Shown here piece by piece: positions 60,127-64,000 of a stretch of 64,000 nt of DNA. The notes under the pieces were generated by a model. The model was not told the origin of the DNA. It made no database searches and saw nothing but the letters and a program-made list of their open reading frames with translations. This stretch comes from Candidatus Bathyarchaeota archaeon (GTDB taxonomy: Archaea > Thermoproteota > Bathyarchaeia > Bathyarchaeales > Bathycorpusculaceae), in the NCBI GenBank assembly GCA_963715865.1, contig OY970280.1, forward strand, positions 1,088,001 through 1,152,000. Direction: 5' to 3'. The stretch's first letter is position 1. Each line of letters begins with the position of its first letter. The position numbers and the translations under genes are program-made.

Positions 60127-60939
60127 CTAAAGAAGCGGAATGATTAACAAACCAGTGATTAATCCACCTGCTAACCCTAACATGATTGGAAAAGGCAAGC
60201 CTGGAAAGATTCCTTTCCTCTCAAGCATAAAAAAAGTTATGACAGAGCCTACTAAGATGCCGATTACTGACATTATGTATGGTAGAATGTTAGGTAAGAA
60301 GGTGAAGAGCATGACTCCAGTCAGCATGGAGTAGAATACTAAGTCGCCTAGTCCCATCTGAATATCTTTAAATGCGAAAGTCAAGCCCTGAAGCTCGTCG
60401 AGTCCTGTCTGAGCAATTTTTCCCACTGGACCACGATAAACCGCAATTACGTCGTATACTGCTAGAAAGGCGAGAATTAGCACTGCGCTGTATAATGGAA
60501 TTGAGAAGCCGAAGAAAATGCCCAGTGCACCGCCTACGCAGATTACAGCCGTGTTTCGCGCGATGCTACCTAAACGGAAAATGACAAGGTCAAACAATAT
60601 TGTAATGGCTATGGACAGGGGTATTACTAGGATGCCCCAGCTTGGAAAATAGGCGAAGACCGCGGACAAGTAAATCATCGACAACAACAAGGATGCAGTC
60701 GTCATAGCAACAGTGATTATTCCTTTGATGATTCTTTTGCTTCTCCGCTTAATCAAAATATAAAACACTGTCGCGGCTACAGCCAAAAGAATGACAAAGT
60801 AAAAAGCGTTGCCAAACGGTCCTGAAGGAGTATTCTCAGGGAAAGGCGTTACAGGAATAACCTCTGGTTGCTGAGGCAACAGCAAGTAAGCACAGCCTAA
60901 ACCGAAAATTAAGCTTGCCAGTATCGGAACCAAATACAC
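60127..60939 (-). CDS. Presenilin/SPP-like (A22) intramembrane aspartyl protease
   Basis: AVYD, MGLGDL and PGLP motifs; multi-TM. Confidence 0.85.
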   Translation of the reverse strand: MYLVPILASLIFGLGCAYLLLPQQPEVIPVTPFPENTPSGPFGNAFYFVILLAVAATVFYILIKRRSKRIIKGIITVAMTTASLLLSMIYLSAVFAYFPSWGILVIPLSIAITILFDLVIFRLGSIARNTAVICVGGALGIFFGFSIPLYSAVLILAFLAVYDVIAVYRGPVGKIAQTGLDELQGLTFAFKDIQMGLGDLVFYSMLTGVMLFTFLPNILPYIMSVIGILVGSVITFFMLERKGIFPGLPFPIMLGLAGGLITGLLIIPLL

Positions 60940-60978
60940 TATCTGAAATTTGAATTTATCTTGCTCAGTTACAGTTCC

Positions 60979-61530
60979 TCACCCTAAATTGCTAATAGCT
61001 AATGCCGCTTGCAAATAACATTGGCCACAGAATAAGCTTTGTTTTCTGTCCGTGTCAAAAATCGAGTTAGAAAAATGCATAATACACAAAGACCTCGGAC
61101 AATGCTGCAAACTCAACGTGTGTCCCAACTCATGAACAGCCTCCTTCAACGTCCTCAACGTTAAAACAGCCGAACCAGCGTTTTCACCGTAAAATTCAGG
61201 TTTAAGCCTCCACAACGAAATCAAAGCAACCCTGCCTGGAGCATACGCTTCACCAAACACATAATTCAATCCAGACGCAAAAATGTCAACATCAACCACA
61301 CCCAAAACCCGATGGTACTCTTCACTTTTAGCCGCGAAAGCCCTGATTTCGTTAAGAATCACACTTGAATTGTACTGGTTACGTTTTTTATCAAAAGATA
61401 GCTGAGGAACAGGCAAAACCTCCTTAATAACCGAACAAGCGGTATCAGGAAAAGTTTTAACCAAACCCTGCTGAAGCCCAGCCAACACCTCTGAATCTAC
61501 GTGCCCAACAGGCAAAATACCAATCTTCAT
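60979..61530 (-). CDS. amzA: Archaemetzincin zinc protease
   Basis: HELGH..L.HC....C.M.FS; FC..C. Confidence 0.92.
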   Translation of the reverse strand: MKIGILPVGHVDSEVLAGLQQGLVKTFPDTACSVIKEVLPVPQLSFDKKRNQYNSSVILNEIRAFAAKSEEYHRVLGVVDVDIFASGLNYVFGEAYAPGRVALISLWRLKPEFYGENAGSAVLTLRTLKEAVHELGHTLSLQHCPRSLCIMHFSNSIFDTDRKQSLFCGQCYLQAALAISNLG

Positions 61531-61539
61531 AGCAACAGC

Positions 61540-62796
61540 CTAAATTTGATAGGTTTCTCCAGTCCTCGGCGCCACAGCATCCAATCCCAACTCAGTTTTC
61601 GCCCAATTCGCAAAAAGCTCACAATTACCCTCGGCACCGTGAACAACGAAAACTTTAGGTTTACCCCCAAGCCGCCGCAACCCTTCTTTGAGCTGACTTG
61701 CTCCACAATGAGAAGAGAAATCAAAATGCCGATACTGCGCCTTAATCTTACGCACTTTCCCATCAATCGTACAGATACCCTTCTCCAACAACTGTTTCCC
61801 AGGCGTCCCAGGAATCTGATAACTAACCAAAAAGACCGCATTACTCGCCTTCTTACCTACTTTAGAAATATAAAACGCTGCAGGACCACCCTTCAACATA
61901 CCCGCAGGCGAAATAATCACGCCAGGAGACTTCAACGCTCTTCGTCGGTCTCGCCAGCCATCAACCCAATCCAGCGAGTGCATGGCATTCACAAAAAGCC
62001 TCGGATCCCTAAGGAACTCTTTGTAGTTCATTATTATTCTGCTAGCTTCCCGAGCCATCCCATCCAAAACAACAGGGTACTCAAAATGATTCGCTGCCAA
62101 AACACAAGCCATCTCCTGCGCGCGACCCACACCGAACGCTGGCACCAGAACAGTCCCACCATGCTCTACTATCTCAGTCGCAGCCTCAACAAAACTCCTC
62201 TCAAGCTCGGGCCGCAAAGTATGATCCTCACTCGCATAAGTGCTCTCTGTCACAACTGCATCTAAATCTCCATAATCCATCGAGGCGCCCGTTAACAATT
62301 TACTGTCTTCCATGTTGTAGTCGCCAGTATAAAGAATCTTCTTGCCATCCGCCTCAATCAGCACCTGAGCGCTCCCAGGCGTATGACCAGCATCAAACAG
62401 TTTAACCTTCATGTCCCCGATGGTTTCTTCAACGCCGTAATCCAAATGCCTATTATTATGCATCATAGCATCAAGCTCAAGATACTCAAAAGGCAAATAA
62501 TAACCAGACAAATGAATAAAATCCTGAATAAGAATCTGCGTCAATTCCAAATTAAGCTTGTTCGTATACAACGGTTTCTTATCGTTAATATAAAAGATTG
62601 GTATGGCGCCTGAATGGTCAAGGTGACTGTGAGTTAAAATTACCGCATCAACTTCTTTCGGCGGAACATGCATCGGAAAACCCGGTTCATGGTCAAGCAT
62701 GACACCGTAATCTAACACAACCTTACTTTTCTCAGATTTAACAGTTATACCAATTCGGCCAACTTCTCTGGCTCCACCTAAAAATCCAACCTGCAA
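61540..62796 (-). CDS. beta-CASP metallo-beta-lactamase ribonuclease (aCPSF2-like)
   Basis: HSHLDHSG, AGHTPGS, YTGD, ESTY, P.FGVGRAQE, FSSH, VVHG. Confidence 0.88.
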   Translation of the reverse strand: MQVGFLGGAREVGRIGITVKSEKSKVVLDYGVMLDHEPGFPMHVPPKEVDAVILTHSHLDHSGAIPIFYINDKKPLYTNKLNLELTQILIQDFIHLSGYYLPFEYLELDAMMHNNRHLDYGVEETIGDMKVKLFDAGHTPGSAQVLIEADGKKILYTGDYNMEDSKLLTGASMDYGDLDAVVTESTYASEDHTLRPELERSFVEAATEIVEHGGTVLVPAFGVGRAQEMACVLAANHFEYPVVLDGMAREASRIIMNYKEFLRDPRLFVNAMHSLDWVDGWRDRRRALKSPGVIISPAGMLKGGPAAFYISKVGKKASNAVFLVSYQIPGTPGKQLLEKGICTIDGKVRKIKAQYRHFDFSSHCGASQLKEGLRRLGGKPKVFVVHGAEGNCELFANWAKTELGLDAVAPRTGETYQI

Positions 62797-62849
62797 TCAG
62801 ACCAATCCTTGTTGTTAACAGTTAACGATTAAAAAGGAACTATGCTGTT

Positions 62850-63455
62850 TTAAAAACGTATTGACCCTCTCGTCACCTGAGCAGACAAAGAACCCTTCTT
62901 AATCGCCTTCAAAATCTCATCAACATCCAAAGAAGCATCAACCCGCGAGTAAACACTAAACAACTCAGACAACTGATGCGCATCGCTACCCGCTGTCCCA
63001 GGCAAACCCATACTCTTAGCAAGCTCCCTTGCCTGATTATTCGCCGCTGCCGTGGACCCGCCATTCAGAACCTCAATAGCATCAACTTTGTAGTTTCTTG
63101 CTAAATCGCCCATGCCATACTCACGATAAGGATGCGCCACAATAGAAACTCCGCCTATGCTTTTTGCGTAATCAACGAGAACTTCAGGCGTCCATGGCCT
63201 TGGCGGCAACTCGCAGGTACCCAAAATCACCATATCGCCATGCTGCGTGCTAATTTCAACACCTGGAATAACCAAAATGTCAGGGTAAGCCGAAGCCAAC
63301 TCAACCGTAGCCTTGCATCCTCTTACGCTGTCATGATCCGTCACGGCTGCAACCTTAATAAAACTGTGCGCTACAAGCTGGTCAACGAGAGTTTTTGGTT
63401 GAATAACGGAGTCCGAAGAATAAACCGTGTGAATATGTAAGTCAGCTTGAATCAA
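62850..63455 (-). CDS. PHP-domain phosphoesterase
   Basis: DLHIHT..SSD, TDHD, GVE, AHP, GSDAH. Confidence 0.9.
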   Translation of the reverse strand: MIQADLHIHTVYSSDSVIQPKTLVDQLVAHSFIKVAAVTDHDSVRGCKATVELASAYPDILVIPGVEISTQHGDMVILGTCELPPRPWTPEVLVDYAKSIGGVSIVAHPYREYGMGDLARNYKVDAIEVLNGGSTAAANNQARELAKSMGLPGTAGSDAHQLSELFSVYSRVDASLDVDEILKAIKKGSLSAQVTRGSIRF

Positions 63456-63457
63456 TG

Positions 63458-64000
63458 TTATTCGCTCAACTGTTTCCGCAAAATGTTCTCTAAACGACTT
63501 AAAATCTCTTTGCTTCCTTCCACACTAGCATCAACAGAATCAAACGCTAAACCCTTCGCTTTGCAGGCTGACTTGCATGCTTTTTCAACAGTGTTTTTCC
63601 AAAGTTTAGCATCGTTAAGCAAAACAACACTTGCATATGCCGTTCGCTTGATGTATTCACGGGTTTGGCTCGCGACGTAATTCACGGTTTCCAAGTCAAG
63701 CGGCAAAGTAGCCTCATGCTGGCTCAGCGGATAAACCTCATCAAGCTCCAGCGGAATAACGCCGAATGGAGCAGCGTAGACGCAGATGTGGATTTTCGAT
63801 GAAAGCTGTTCGCCTAAACTGCGGAAAAGTTGCCTTATCTTCTTAAACTCAGGAGCTTTATGAAACGGCTTATTTCGGGTTTGCGGCATAAGAAAAAGAA
63901 CTTTCGCATTATTTGGCGGGTCATATCGTTCGTTTAATCGTTTCCGGTAATGAGTGATTTCTGGACGCGCCAGCCCAACTGGGTCGAAATAGAAGAATCC
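63458..64000 (-). CDS. tgtA: Archaeal tRNA-guanine transglycosylase, C-terminal part (5' beyond window)
   Basis: Frame is open to the window edge: GFFYFDPVGLARPE...PFGVIPLELDEVYPLSQHE. Confidence 0.75.
   Translation of the reverse strand, partial: GFFYFDPVGLARPEITHYRKRLNERYDPPNNAKVLFLMPQTRNKPFHKAPEFKKIRQLFRSLGEQLSSKIHICVYAAPFGVIPLELDEVYPLSQHEATLPLDLETVNYVASQTREYIKRTAYASVVLLNDAKLWKNTVEKACKSACKAKGLAFDSVDASVEGSKEILSRLENILRKQLSE

Noticed and set aside
158-63680. The many 60-140 aa ORFs antisense to or nested in well-supported genes
   Set aside because: Shadow ORFs without motifs, RBS or independent support.

Overview
Archaeal window, most likely Candidatus Bathyarchaeia. This is inferred from eL13/eL15, Rpp30/Pop5, TgtA, archaemetzincin, the lineage-typical PQQ-like beta-propeller surface proteins and the 'GFEYV..GVKLFRKRK' integrase tail. 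Core genes include a Zn/Mn ABC transporter, rubrerythrin, TrmI, two beta-CASP nucleases, two B12-radical SAM paralogs, tRNA-Asn, a four-subunit 2-oxoacid:ferredoxin oxidoreductase operon and a probable Re-citrate synthase. They are interleaved with accessory DNA. Three features stand out. (1) A ~7 kb island (12.3-19.35 kb) is delimited by three copies of a 22-29 bp core. That core is the 5' half of a complete box C/D guide sRNA (19321-19388), whose D' guide predicts the 23S P-loop methylation Gm2251; a truncated tyrosine integrase lies next to it. This suggests integration into a C/D sRNA gene rather than a tRNA. (2) Four ~900 aa surface beta-propeller paralogs are mosaics. Three share a covarying 5' leader hairpin, and three share a structured 3' element containing a segment complementary to their own RBS/start codon. 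(3) A 1,191 bp transposase-less transposon (TIRs, 9 bp TSD) carries a DUF5678-like gene and a retropepsin-like protease. All calls come from manual reading of the sequence; no database searches or folding programs were run.
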